Counted from the first letter of the stretch, positions 1 through 7,816 are shown. The stretch is 20,000 nucleotides of DNA from an uncultured virus (IMG/VR IMGVR_UViG_3300002349_000003) (IMGVR_UViG_3300002349_000003); one strand, 5' to 3'. Numbers and translations are program-made. Notes: generated from the sequence alone by a model not told the origin.

Positions 1-119
1 CGGATGAGGACTTGAAAATCCCATTAGAAACTTTTGCAGATATGATTGCTAATGAGACATTAAAACAATACCTTGCCGGTGTCTGTGCTGCTATGAGAAA
101 TGGACAAACTCTGCATTAA
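1..119 (+). CDS. 3' end of a hypothetical protein (partial)
   Basis: Open frame from nt 3 (DEDLKIPLETFADMIANETLKQYLAGVCAAMRNGQTLH) ends TAA at 117-119, just before a promoter. Confidence 0.6.
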   Translation, partial: DEDLKIPLETFADMIANETLKQYLAGVCAAMRNGQTLH

Positions 120-120
120 T

Positions 121-149
121 GTTTACAAGACTGTATTATATGATATAAT
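121..149 (+). promoter_or_regulatory. T4-early-type sigma70 promoter
   Basis: GTTTAC(121-126)-17 nt-TATAAT(144-149) with extended -10 TG. Confidence 0.75.
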
Positions 150-177
150 GATATTGTCAATACTTTATGAGCTTATT

Positions 178-396
178 ATGGCGCAATTTGAAAAATTAGA
201 TGAATATCTTATCGTTAATACCAATACAAAGAATGGTATGTTATCAGCAAAATCACTTTGCAACGCATTGGTACTTGTTGACGACTTGAACCAAAAGTGT
301 ATAGAACATAGCACTGCCACCAGATACAAAGTCATTGTTAAACCAGATTGGGAATGGATTGGTTGGGACGAAGTTAAAATTTTAGTTGATATTTGA
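178..396 (+). CDS. hypothetical protein
   Basis: Start moved to ATG 178 (MAQFEKLDEY) because the track start at 100 runs through the upstream gene and promoter. Confidence 0.65.
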   Translation: MAQFEKLDEYLIVNTNTKNGMLSAKSLCNALVLVDDLNQKCIEHSTATRYKVIVKPDWEWIGWDEVKILVDI

Positions 397-407
397 GGAG
401 AACTTAT

Positions 408-1454
408 ATGCCTGTAGAATTTAGAAAAATGGTTACTATCAATCCAGTAGTTGAAATCAAATCCATCGCTGGTGCTGATTTGATTTGCGCATACAGAGTT
501 AAAGGTTGGTGGGTAGTTGACCAAGTGGGAAAATATAATGTAGGTGATTTAGTACTCTATGCTGAAATCGATTCTTGGATTCCTCATGATATTGCTCCAT
601 TCTTATCCAAAGGTAAAGAACCTAAAGAGTATAATGGTGTTAAAGGTGAACGATTAAGAACTATCAAGTTGAAAGGTCAAGTGTCTCAGGGATTATTATT
701 ACCAATGAATCTTTTGGACTCTACTGAATATAATAGTCATTTGCCAGACTCAGCAGAAACTATAGATGTATCTGATTTTTTGAATGTTCAGAAATGGGAA
801 GCTCCTATTCCTGCAAATCTTCGTGGTCAGATGAAAGGTAATTTTCCTGCATTTATCCGCAAGACTGACCAAGAAAGATGCCAGAATTTGGTAGAAGAAA
901 TTGGCCATGAATTTTTCCACCAATGTCATTTTGAAGTGTCTTTGAAGTTAGATGGCTCGTCATGCACCGTTTATCATAATGCTGGTTTGGTAGGTGTCTG
1001 TTCAAGAAATTTAGATTTGAAACTTGAGCAAGAAGGCAATTCATTCGTTGAGATTGCCAAGTCGACTGGATTACTGAAAGCATTGATTACACTTAATGAG
1101 AATATTGCGGTCCAAGGTGAATTAATGGGACCTGGTATTCAAGGTAATAAAGAAGGATTTGATTCTCATAAGTTGTTCATCTTCGATATCTTTGACATTG
1201 ATAACCAATGCTATCTTGAATTTTCTGAAAGAATGAATTGTATTCTTAGACTTAAAGATGCTGGTTATACTGGTGACATAGTACCTACCTATCATGTTGG
1301 TCCTTTACAGCATGGAAATATTGAAGACCTATTGAAAATGGCTGATGGTCCATCGATTAATGCTAAGGTTAGAGAAGGTTTGGTATTCAAACGAACTGAT
1401 GGTCAATTCTCATTCAAGGCAATCTCTCAAAAATTCCTATTGAACGAAAAGTAA
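408..1454 (+). CDS. ATP-dependent RNA ligase, DRB0094/Rnl5-like (N-terminal OB domain + Rnl2-type adenylyltransferase)
   Basis: Motif I KLDGSS, QGEL, FDIFD, EGLVFK and terminal SFKAIS; N-terminal I.GAD.I...V.GW.VV and L.GQVSQGLL OB-domain signature; GAGGA RBS before ATG 408. Confidence 0.9.
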   Translation: MPVEFRKMVTINPVVEIKSIAGADLICAYRVKGWWVVDQVGKYNVGDLVLYAEIDSWIPHDIAPFLSKGKEPKEYNGVKGERLRTIKLKGQVSQGLLLPMNLLDSTEYNSHLPDSAETIDVSDFLNVQKWEAPIPANLRGQMKGNFPAFIRKTDQERCQNLVEEIGHEFFHQCHFEVSLKLDGSSCTVYHNAGLVGVCSRNLDLKLEQEGNSFVEIAKSTGLLKALITLNENIAVQGELMGPGIQGNKEGFDSHKLFIFDIFDIDNQCYLEFSERMNCILRLKDAGYTGDIVPTYHVGPLQHGNIEDLLKMADGPSINAKVREGLVFKRTDGQFSFKAISQKFLLNEK

Positions 1455-1463
1455 TTTATAATG

Positions 1464-1491
1464 AAGCCAGTCTCTGCACTGGCTTTTTATT
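1464..1491 (+). terminator. Rho-independent terminator
   Basis: AAGCCAGT-ctctgc-ACTGGCTT followed by TTTATT, directly after the ligase stop. Confidence 0.85.
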
Positions 1492-1526
1492 GCCCCGAAA
1501 ATAATTTGATTATTTTGAATTCTTTT

Positions 1527-1555
1527 GTGTACTATTACTGAAACCATGATATAAT
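1527..1555 (+). promoter_or_regulatory. Repeated early promoter cassette
   Basis: GTGTAC-17-TATAAT followed by AGACTCA; inverted repeat CATGATATAA(1545-1554)/TTATATCATG(1581-1590). Confidence 0.85.
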
Positions 1556-1587
1556 AGACTCATACCAACTAATAGAGGATTTATATC

Positions 1588-1785
1588 ATGAAAACAGAAC
1601 CTACATATTTTGAAACTCTTAATGAAGCACTTGAAGCTGAAGGTTTAACACAATTTTGGCCAACAAATCTAAACATCAACTATGGCGAAAGTGTTTCTAT
1701 AATCATTAACTTTTTGTCAATATCAATCTATCGTAGCAATACTACTGGTAGATATGAAAGACCTGTCCATTATAAAACAATTTAG
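1588..1785 (+). CDS. hypothetical protein
   Basis: 65 aa ORF with GAGGA RBS; first gene after the promoter. Confidence 0.75.
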   Translation: MKTEPTYFETLNEALEAEGLTQFWPTNLNINYGESVSIIINFLSISIYRSNTTGRYERPVHYKTI

Positions 1786-1794
1786 GAGATTACC

Positions 1795-2067
1795 ATGGTT
1801 GTTCAAGATAAAGTAACTGGTAAAATGTATGATCCTCAAGAGGAATTTGATAATTTTTTTAGTCAACCTGAAGTAACTGAACAAATGGTAAGAATGAAAA
1901 ATCATGATTATGAACAAATGGTAAGAATGAAAAATCATGATTATGAACAATTAGTTCTTAATATGTACTTCGGCGGAATGTCAATAAAAGAAATAACGTA
2001 TGAAATAGGAATTCCTGTTGATGAAGTTAAAAACATTATTTCATACATGTCATCAGCGGAGAATTAA
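1795..2067 (+). CDS. hypothetical protein with internal duplication and C-terminal HTH-like segment
   Basis: AGGAG RBS; GMSIKEITYEIGIPVDEVKNII resembles a helix-turn-helix. Confidence 0.65.
   Translation: MVVQDKVTGKMYDPQEEFDNFFSQPEVTEQMVRMKNHDYEQMVRMKNHDYEQLVLNMYFGGMSIKEITYEIGIPVDEVKNIISYMSSAEN
1878..1950 (+). repeat. perfect 33-bp tandem repeat (2.2 copies)
   Basis: TGAACAAATGGTAAGAATGAAAAATCATGATTA x2 plus TGAACAA; encodes EQMVRMKNHDY twice. Confidence 0.95.
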
Positions 2068-2068
2068 A

Positions 2069-2257
2069 ATGAGCATTTATAAAGAAAATGGTTATACCAA
2101 TAGAAATAATTATTTAAGTCATTTGTCAGAAGATTATGGCATTGAACTTGGAATAGTACTTGAACTTGCGGATTTATTTGGTCCTGAAGAAGATTTTGAT
2201 GGATTATTAGAAGCACTAAATGACTATGGCAATTATGGATTTGGAGAGTTATTATGA
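2069..2257 (+). CDS. small acidic hypothetical protein
   Basis: GGAG RBS then ATG 2069 (MSIYKENGY...GPEEDFDGL). Confidence 0.7.
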   Translation: MSIYKENGYTNRNNYLSHLSEDYGIELGIVLELADLFGPEEDFDGLLEALNDYGNYGFGELL

Positions 2258-2286
2258 TAGATATTAAAACAAACACGGAGAATAAC

Positions 2287-2442
2287 ATGAAAGGTCAAAT
2301 AAGGTTTATATTAGCATTGTTTATTATTTTTACTGCTGTCAATCTAGAAGGAATAGTTGATATGCCAACAGAACTTACAATTGCTTTTGTTGGTATTATG
2401 ATTGGAGCTTGGGGAATGGTTGATTCATTGGAGAGAAAATAA
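2287..2442 (+). CDS. small membrane protein (2 TM)
   Basis: GGAG RBS at 2277-2280, ATG 2287, two hydrophobic stretches. Confidence 0.65.
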   Translation: MKGQIRFILALFIIFTAVNLEGIVDMPTELTIAFVGIMIGAWGMVDSLERK

Positions 2443-2642
2443 TGAGCGGAAAGAATTTTATCTATTTTATTGATGTACTATTAGCAGTTTCTATACTGCC
2501 ATTCTTTTTCTACATTGCAACTTCTGGATTCTTTGTTGTTGCAGCATTCTTTATCATTCTGATAATTGAGATGATGGTCGATTATACTCGAGTTAGAAAG
2601 TACTTTGTCAATATGATGTTAAGAGCAAAATGCGATGTCTGA
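2442..2642 (+). CDS. small membrane protein
   Basis: Hydrophobic ORF, TAATG stop/start coupling. Confidence 0.6.
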   Translation: MSGKNFIYFIDVLLAVSILPFFFYIATSGFFVVAAFFIILIIEMMVDYTRVRKYFVNMMLRAKCDV

Positions 2643-2838
2643 TATAATTAACAAACTTAGAGAAGAACAATCAAGATTGTATTGCAACTTACAAGTCAAA
2701 TACGACCAATTGTTCCGACTTGAAGATGAAGTAAAACGACTGAAGTATGAAATATTTAGAATGGAAATAGATAAATGTTTGGTTGAACATGACTTAGGAA
2801 AGGAACTCAAGAATGAAAATAAATCCAACGGTAATTAA
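2635..2838 (+). CDS. hypothetical coiled-coil protein
   Basis: Overlapping ORF in the operon, heptad-like charged sequence. Confidence 0.6.
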   Translation: MSDIINKLREEQSRLYCNLQVKYDQLFRLEDEVKRLKYEIFRMEIDKCLVEHDLGKELKNENKSNGN

Positions 2839-3064
2839 TTACATTATCAATAGTAATATCAAGTACAGACAAGACCTAGAATCAATGGTGGATACTATGA
2901 AATTCAATCAAGTGCTTACTCAAATCAAAGAAGCAAATGCTGTTGCTCATTTGATTGATGTTCAAAACAAACAACATAATGATGGACTATACAAAGATCC
3001 TACTTGGATTAATGGTGTTCATTGTCACAATTCAATCAGCAAACACAACTATACTAAACTATGA
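2813..3064 (+). CDS. hypothetical protein
   Basis: AAGGA RBS, 83 aa. Confidence 0.65.
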   Translation: MKINPTVINYIINSNIKYRQDLESMVDTMKFNQVLTQIKEANAVAHLIDVQNKQHNDGLYKDPTWINGVHCHNSISKHNYTKL

Positions 3065-3528
3065 AAATTGAAATTGGAAAAACTTACGGGACTGGACATG
3101 GCACTAAAGTTACTATTGTAGGAACAGATTATACCATTCGTTCTGATTATAAATTTATTGGCACCACTTTTGATGGTTCAGTAAGAACTTATGATAACTA
3201 TAACGAGCAAGGTATATGTTTATTCGGCGATTGGGATAGTAATTTATTAAAGGAATTTAACAGATCATTCGGATTTCCTGAAACTGAAAAACCTTATCAT
3301 GGAACTCCATATTACTTTCCAGATATGTCACCTGATGGATACTCTGGCTGTACTTGGTCCGATGATGCATTCGACCATTGTCTATTGATAAATGGACTGC
3401 TATATTTGGATAAAGAGGATGCTATTCAGGCGTCTGAAATCATAATTAATCTGCTAAAGGAGTATAATGAAAATCGTATCAAAAGAAGAGATAATGGAGA
3501 GACTTGGCTGTTCAAAAACCCAGGTTGA
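3061..3528 (+). CDS. hypothetical protein
   Basis: ATGA coupling; N-terminal GKTY.T..G.KV.I module resembles that of 19276..19698. Confidence 0.65.
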   Translation: MKIEIGKTYGTGHGTKVTIVGTDYTIRSDYKFIGTTFDGSVRTYDNYNEQGICLFGDWDSNLLKEFNRSFGFPETEKPYHGTPYYFPDMSPDGYSGCTWSDDAFDHCLLINGLLYLDKEDAIQASEIIINLLKEYNENRIKRRDNGETWLFKNPG

Positions 3529-3652
3529 GATGGCGGAATATTCTGGTTATATCCCACCTTCAAAAGATGGAGTTTGGGATGCCGATAAACTTGAAGAATA
3601 TTTGGTAAGATGGGATGCTAAACTCAAACGTAAAGCGGAATCAATGCAATGA
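3467..3652 (+). CDS. small putative DNA-binding (MerR/excisionase-like wHTH) protein
   Basis: AAGGAG RBS; SKEEIMERLGCSKTQV...GYIP...W pattern. Confidence 0.5.
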   Translation: MKIVSKEEIMERLGCSKTQVEMAEYSGYIPPSKDGVWDADKLEEYLVRWDAKLKRKAESMQ

Positions 3653-3807
3653 CTAGTCATTGCAAAGGATGTAAATACCATCACATTGCAGGACATCCTA
3701 AAGATTCAAGATTAATAAAGCATAATGATTGGTGCTGTGCTTTTGGTAAAACTGCGTCAAAATGCGTTGGTCATTGTAAACTACAAAATGCTAAGGAACC
3801 GAAATGA
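3649..3807 (+). CDS. small Cys/His-rich protein (not in ORF track)
   Basis: MTSHCKGCKYHHIAGHPKDSRLIKHNDWCCAFGKTASKCVGHCKLQNAKEPK; ATGA overlaps at both ends fill the gap exactly. Confidence 0.75.
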   Translation: MTSHCKGCKYHHIAGHPKDSRLIKHNDWCCAFGKTASKCVGHCKLQNAKEPK

Positions 3808-4058
3808 GCGATTTAATCCAACTAGTAAGCAAAAAAGAAAAACCATCTGATGCTGAATTCCAAAAGCAACTAGATGATGAATACTATGAACAGATGACTG
3901 ATCTTAGAGATGAAATAGATTTGGCTCTCACGTTAGCATATACCAAAGATGGATTACTATTGACGGTATCTAATGGAGTTGATTCAAAAACTGCTCTTTG
4001 GATGATTGAAGAGTTTCGGATGAATTTGTTAACTGGTTCATTTAACGATTATAAATAA
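3804..4058 (+). CDS. hypothetical protein
   Basis: AAGGA RBS, acidic 84 aa ORF. Confidence 0.7.
   Translation: MSDLIQLVSKKEKPSDAEFQKQLDDEYYEQMTDLRDEIDLALTLAYTKDGLLLTVSNGVDSKTALWMIEEFRMNLLTGSFNDYK
4050..4057 (+). promoter_or_regulatory. T4 late-type promoter box
   Basis: Exact TATAAATA, overlapping the stop of 3804..4058; could be chance in AT-rich DNA. Confidence 0.35.
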
Positions 4059-4071
4059 GGAATAAAAATGC

Positions 4072-4099
4072 AAACTGGGAATATTACAGTTCCCAGTTT
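4072..4099. terminator. hairpin/terminator between convergent genes
   Basis: AAACTGGGAA-tattacag-TTCCCAGTTT, 10-bp perfect stem; T-rich tail on the minus strand. Confidence 0.7.
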
Positions 4100-4108
4100 C
4101 CTAATTAT

Positions 4109-4879
4109 CTAAAAATATTGTTTAAATTCAGGATATAATCTAGAAATACATGGTTTAGTATAAGTCTTTCTAGTTTCAATAATCGATAAGAATTTTGGTT
4201 GAGGAATTCCTTTCTTTGCTGCAGATATATTTGGTTGCTTCTTGCCTTTCTTTGTGGCGGATAATTTGTTACCAAATCCTTCTGGTTTAGGAATGCCAGT
4301 TTTTACATAAGATAATTTTGCACCAAATCCTTCTGGTTTAGGAATGCCTTTAGTACTAGATGATAATTTTGCACCAAATCCTTCTGGTTTAGGAATTCCT
4401 TTAGTACTAGATGATAATTTTGCACCAAATCCTTCTGGTTTAGGAATTCCTTTATTTTTAGAAATTCCTCTATTTCCAGGTTTTCCTTTATTATGAGCCG
4501 GTTTTCCTTTTGCTGAAGCAGATCGTTTAGCATTAGATTCTTCTGATTGTTTCTTGCCAGAAGTAGTAAATCTGATTTTACTACCGTGATGACATCTTCT
4601 GTTAAGCATCAATGGATTTTTAAGTTCTTGGTATATTAGAAACTGTTCTAGGTCGTATGCCTCGAGTGGATCAACAAATTCCTGGATGATGGTATAGTTA
4701 AATTCTTGGAATCTTGGTTCAACTGTTTTTGATGATGTAAAATAGTCAATACCTAAATCCTGATTTGCTGGGACTTTATTGGCTTTACGAAATCCAAAAT
4801 AAAATTCGCCAGTAGTTGGATTGTCTAGTCTATAGACATAGGATAATACTGGTTCTTGATATATACTTGTGCTGGTCAT
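4109..4879 (-). CDS. free-standing GIY-YIG (Seg-like) homing endonuclease with NUMOD3-type repeats
   Basis: N-terminal YVYRL...FYFGFR, Y.TSS, EA..LE and ..LN motifs; C-terminal SEESNAKRSASAKGK.AHNKG and repeated KGIPKPEGFGAKLS; AAGGA RBS; opposite orientation to neighbours. Confidence 0.85.
   Translation of the reverse strand: MTSTSIYQEPVLSYVYRLDNPTTGEFYFGFRKANKVPANQDLGIDYFTSSKTVEPRFQEFNYTIIQEFVDPLEAYDLEQFLIYQELKNPLMLNRRCHHGSKIRFTTSGKKQSEESNAKRSASAKGKPAHNKGKPGNRGISKNKGIPKPEGFGAKLSSSTKGIPKPEGFGAKLSSSTKGIPKPEGFGAKLSYVKTGIPKPEGFGNKLSATKKGKKQPNISAAKKGIPQPKFLSIIETRKTYTKPCISRLYPEFKQYF
4260..4454 (-). repeat. 51-bp tandem repeat (about 3.8 copies) encoding the DNA-binding repeats
   Basis: Units begin at 4260, 4311, 4362 and 4413 on + (GATAATTT...CCAAATCCTTCTGGTTTAGGAAT). 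Confidence 0.95.
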
Positions 4880-4913
4880 GATAGTTCCTTGAATTATTGA
4901 TAGAATGATTAGT

Positions 4914-4952
4914 GCTAGTGGGATGTAGGAGTCCGCGACTAGCTTTTTGTTT
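4914..4952. promoter_or_regulatory. GC-rich bulged hairpin in the endonuclease 5' leader, or + strand terminator
   Basis: GCTAGTGGGA-tgtaggag-TCCGCGACTAGC followed by TTTTTGTTT on +. Confidence 0.55.
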
Positions 4953-4960
4953 GTATGATC

Positions 4961-4968
4961 TATTTATA
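4961..4968 (-). promoter_or_regulatory. T4 late-type promoter for the endonuclease
   Basis: TATTTATA on + equals TATAAATA on -, about 80 nt upstream of ATG 4879. Confidence 0.7.
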
Positions 4969-4978
4969 AGATTTAGAT

Positions 4979-5007
4979 GTTGACATTTTTAGAATAGATG
5001 ATATAAT
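4979..5007 (+). promoter_or_regulatory. early promoter
   Basis: GTTGAC-17-TATAAT with TG extension, then AGA as in the other copies. Confidence 0.8.
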
Positions 5008-5031
5008 AGATTTTTATCATGAGGAAATAAA

Positions 5032-5265
5032 ATGCAGGTACTTGGCAAAAACGTATTAGTGTTAAAACAGAAACTAGAATATACTGGATTGATTCAAGGT
5101 GTAGAGTCTGATGATAATATTAGAGCAAAGGCAATGAATCTTGGTGATGACGTTACCCTAGTGGAATTAGGTAATATTCTTATCCTTAACTGGAAGAAAG
5201 CTAAATGGGTATCAGGTGAGTTGTATGTTATCCATGAAGATGAAATAGCCGCAATTATTGAATAA
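5032..5265 (+). CDS. GroES/Cpn10-like co-chaperonin
   Basis: MQVLGKNVLV start, short GLI mobile loop, A...G.DV..V..G, terminal IHEDEIAAIIE. Confidence 0.75.
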   Translation: MQVLGKNVLVLKQKLEYTGLIQGVESDDNIRAKAMNLGDDVTLVELGNILILNWKKAKWVSGELYVIHEDEIAAIIE

Positions 5266-5276
5266 GGAATTATATT

Positions 5277-5504
5277 ATGTGTGAAACAGTATTGACAGCA
5301 GTTAGAGTTAAAATCCTTAAAGCCAACATGAGAACTTATTGGTATGCCGGTAAAATTGATGAGGAATTTTGGGTACTTAAAGATGATGACAATTCAGGTT
5401 ATAAATTAGTCGAACACACTGCGGGTCGATGGATTGACTTTGATGACTGTGAAGTTATCCGNGCTGGTAATCTTCGAGTCATTACTACAATAGAGGAATT
5501 ATAG
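5277..5504 (+). CDS. hypothetical protein
   Basis: AAGGA RBS; contains an ambiguous base (n at 5462). Confidence 0.65.
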   Translation: MCETVLTAVRVKILKANMRTYWYAGKIDEEFWVLKDDDNSGYKLVEHTAGRWIDFDDCEVIXAGNLRVITTIEEL

Positions 5505-6295
5505 TGAAAATAGACGTCATGAGTGATGTCCATCTTGAATTTGGTTTCTATGAACCAGCGAACGAGAATGGTGCTGATGTTCTCGTTCTTGCCGGTGATA
5601 TTTGTGTACTTGAGCAATTAGGAAAAGAGTCTTATACTAGTATAAAAGAGTTCTTCGAGATGGCATCACATAATTATGATGATGTTGTCTATGTTATGGG
5701 CAATCACGAACACTATCATGGTGATATTCTAAATGCGACCACAATTTTTAAAGAAAAGTTCCATATACTTAAGAACATTCATCTCCTGGACAATAGTAGT
5801 ATTGCTATCGGTGATACTACTTTTATTGGGGGCACGCTTTGGACAAACTTTAATAATGATTCTTATGCAATGAAAACCATTGCTAGGATGATGAATGACT
5901 ATAGATGCATTGACTATGACGGTAAATTGTTTACTGCGGGTAAATCGGTAGAATTGCATTATAATACTATGGAATACTTTAACAAGATGGTGCCAGCATT
6001 CCATAAAGTCGTCATGGTCACCCATCATTCTCCTAGTTTTAAAAATCTTAGCGAAAGATTTTCCCAAGGAAATTCATGTTCAGTTAATGATAACAATATA
6101 AGAAACCTGGCATACCATTCAAATCTTGATTATTTTATACTAGGACATCCTCAAATTAAAGCATGGATTTCCGGACATACACATGATCCATTTGACCATT
6201 ATCTTGGAGATACCAGACTTGTCTGTAATCCAAGAGGTTATATTGGATATGAAAAAACTGCTATTAATTATAAACCATTACAGATAGAGATATGA
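5504..6295 (+). CDS. calcineurin-like metallophosphoesterase
   Basis: SDVH, LAGD, GNHE, THH and GHTH motifs, CNPRGY tail; GTG start with GAGGA RBS. Confidence 0.92.
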   Translation: MKIDVMSDVHLEFGFYEPANENGADVLVLAGDICVLEQLGKESYTSIKEFFEMASHNYDDVVYVMGNHEHYHGDILNATTIFKEKFHILKNIHLLDNSSIAIGDTTFIGGTLWTNFNNDSYAMKTIARMMNDYRCIDYDGKLFTAGKSVELHYNTMEYFNKMVPAFHKVVMVTHHSPSFKNLSERFSQGNSCSVNDNNIRNLAYHSNLDYFILGHPQIKAWISGHTHDPFDHYLGDTRLVCNPRGYIGYEKTAINYKPLQIEI

Positions 6296-6414
6296 AAAAA
6301 CAGACTCCTACACCAGCAATCCACGAACAAAATCCAAACTATGAATCCAAAAGAGTAATGCACAATGGTTCTATTGTTGTACTGCATTTTGGACCCAAAA
6401 AGAAGACACGATGA
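6292..6414 (+). CDS. small hypothetical protein (not in ORF track)
   Basis: MKKQTPTPAIHEQNPNYESKRVMHNGSIVVLHFGPKKKTR; ATGA overlaps at both ends. Confidence 0.6.
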   Translation: MKKQTPTPAIHEQNPNYESKRVMHNGSIVVLHFGPKKKTR

Positions 6415-6971
6415 AAGTATATCTCGGCAAACCAAAAAATTTGTGGTTCGGTCCTTATCAATTAGCAGACCTATTAATGCACTTTGGAGTATCAGAAGAT
6501 AAGTGCGATGAGATAGGAGAAAAGCTAGCAGATTCCTGGGTTAATGATTTCCTTAATTGGATATATGACCATAACCCGTTAAAGAAACCGACGGAAATAA
6601 TCCATATTGACGACTGGGATACTTGGAGTATGGATTACACTTTGGCCCCTATCATTCTTAAGATGCTGCAGAAATTCAAAGAAAATCTTCATGGTGCACC
6701 TGTTGTTGAAGATTGTGATGTGCCTGATAGTATCAAATCTATGAATGCTCCTAGAGTCAAAGAACTTTATGATACTGATGAATTCTATTTCAAACGATGG
6801 GATTATGTCATTGATGAGATGATATGGTCTTTTGAGCATATTGTAAATGATGATTGGGAACACACAGTTCTGGTGCAGTTCAATGACCCAGAATCATATA
6901 AATTTATGCAAGACCGAGTAGACAATGGTTTACGTCTATTTGGAAAATATTTCCGAAATCTATGGAGTTAA
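6411..6971 (+). CDS. phage hypothetical protein
   Basis: 186 aa, aromatic/acidic motifs DTWSMDYTLA and RWDYVIDEMIWSFE. Confidence 0.75.
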   Translation: MKVYLGKPKNLWFGPYQLADLLMHFGVSEDKCDEIGEKLADSWVNDFLNWIYDHNPLKKPTEIIHIDDWDTWSMDYTLAPIILKMLQKFKENLHGAPVVEDCDVPDSIKSMNAPRVKELYDTDEFYFKRWDYVIDEMIWSFEHIVNDDWEHTVLVQFNDPESYKFMQDRVDNGLRLFGKYFRNLWS

Positions 6972-6972
6972 A

Positions 6973-7581
6973 ATGATTACTGTTGACAAATTCAAACAAA
7001 TCTTTCCCGCATGTAAAAATCCTAATGACACAACAAAAGCACTTAATATTATTCTACCAAAATACGGAATCACTACAAAGGACAGACTCTGTGCATTCCT
7101 AGCTCAAACGGGACATGAATCAGGTAGCTTTAATACCCTTAAAGAAAATTTAAACTATAGCGCTGAAGGGCTTTGCAAAGTATGGCCTAAACGATTCCCT
7201 ACTCTAGCAGAAGCACAAAAATACCATCGTAATCCCGAGAAGATTGCTAATAAAGTTTATGCTGGCAGAATGGGCAATGGACCAGAAGATTCTGGAGAAG
7301 GATTCTTATATTGCGGACGCGGTGCGATTCAATTGACTGGAAAAGAAAACTACACAAAATTTGCGTCAAGCATCGATATGGCAATAGAAGAAGCAGTAGC
7401 GTATTGTGAAACTAGAGAAGGAGCTATTGAATCTGCTTGTTATTTCTGGACTACTCATAACTTGAATGACATTGCAGATAAAGGTGATTTTGTAACATTG
7501 ACTAAGAAGATTAATGGTGGCACTACTGGACTTCCTGAACGTCAAGAAATATGGCATAAGGCATTGAAAGTTCTTTCTTAA
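6973..7581 (+). CDS. glycoside hydrolase family 19 endolysin
   Basis: FLAQTGHESG, ENLNYS, GRGAIQLTGKENY, SACYFW and TKKINGG motifs; GGAG RBS before ATG 6973. Confidence 0.92.
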   Translation: MITVDKFKQIFPACKNPNDTTKALNIILPKYGITTKDRLCAFLAQTGHESGSFNTLKENLNYSAEGLCKVWPKRFPTLAEAQKYHRNPEKIANKVYAGRMGNGPEDSGEGFLYCGRGAIQLTGKENYTKFASSIDMAIEEAVAYCETREGAIESACYFWTTHNLNDIADKGDFVTLTKKINGGTTGLPERQEIWHKALKVLS

Positions 7582-7608
7582 TAAATAATTCTATTTGAAG
7601 GAATAACC

Positions 7609-7812
7609 ATGTTGTCATTTAAAGAATACTCATTAATGGAAGATGGATCTGCTGATGTTGCCAAGATTGGTGATGATATGTCAAAAGTAGATATTAATGT
7701 ACTTACTACGCATTTGGCATTTCTTGCTAATGCTATTCCTGGTACAGTACAGTTTCAAATGAAGCAAGATATCGAAACAGAATTAGCAAATAGAAATGCA
7801 AAATTAGGATAA
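7609..7812 (+). CDS. putative internal head protein (capsid-targeting N-terminus)
   Basis: MLSFKEYSLME resembles the T4 IP capsid-targeting peptide; AATAAATA late-like box at 7580-7587. Confidence 0.55.
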   Translation: MLSFKEYSLMEDGSADVAKIGDDMSKVDINVLTTHLAFLANAIPGTVQFQMKQDIETELANRNAKLG

Positions 7813-7816
7813 AATG

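Noticed and set aside
100..177. ORF-track start at 100
   Set aside because: It overlaps the upstream gene end and the 121-149 promoter; ATG 178 fits better
4260..4454. 51-bp repeats as a CRISPR or non-coding array
   Set aside because: The units are contiguous with no spacers and lie in frame within the endonuclease ORF
4109..4879. Endonuclease as part of a group I intron or intein
   Set aside because: It is antisense to its neighbours, has its own promoter and RBS, and no interrupted host gene or intron core is apparent
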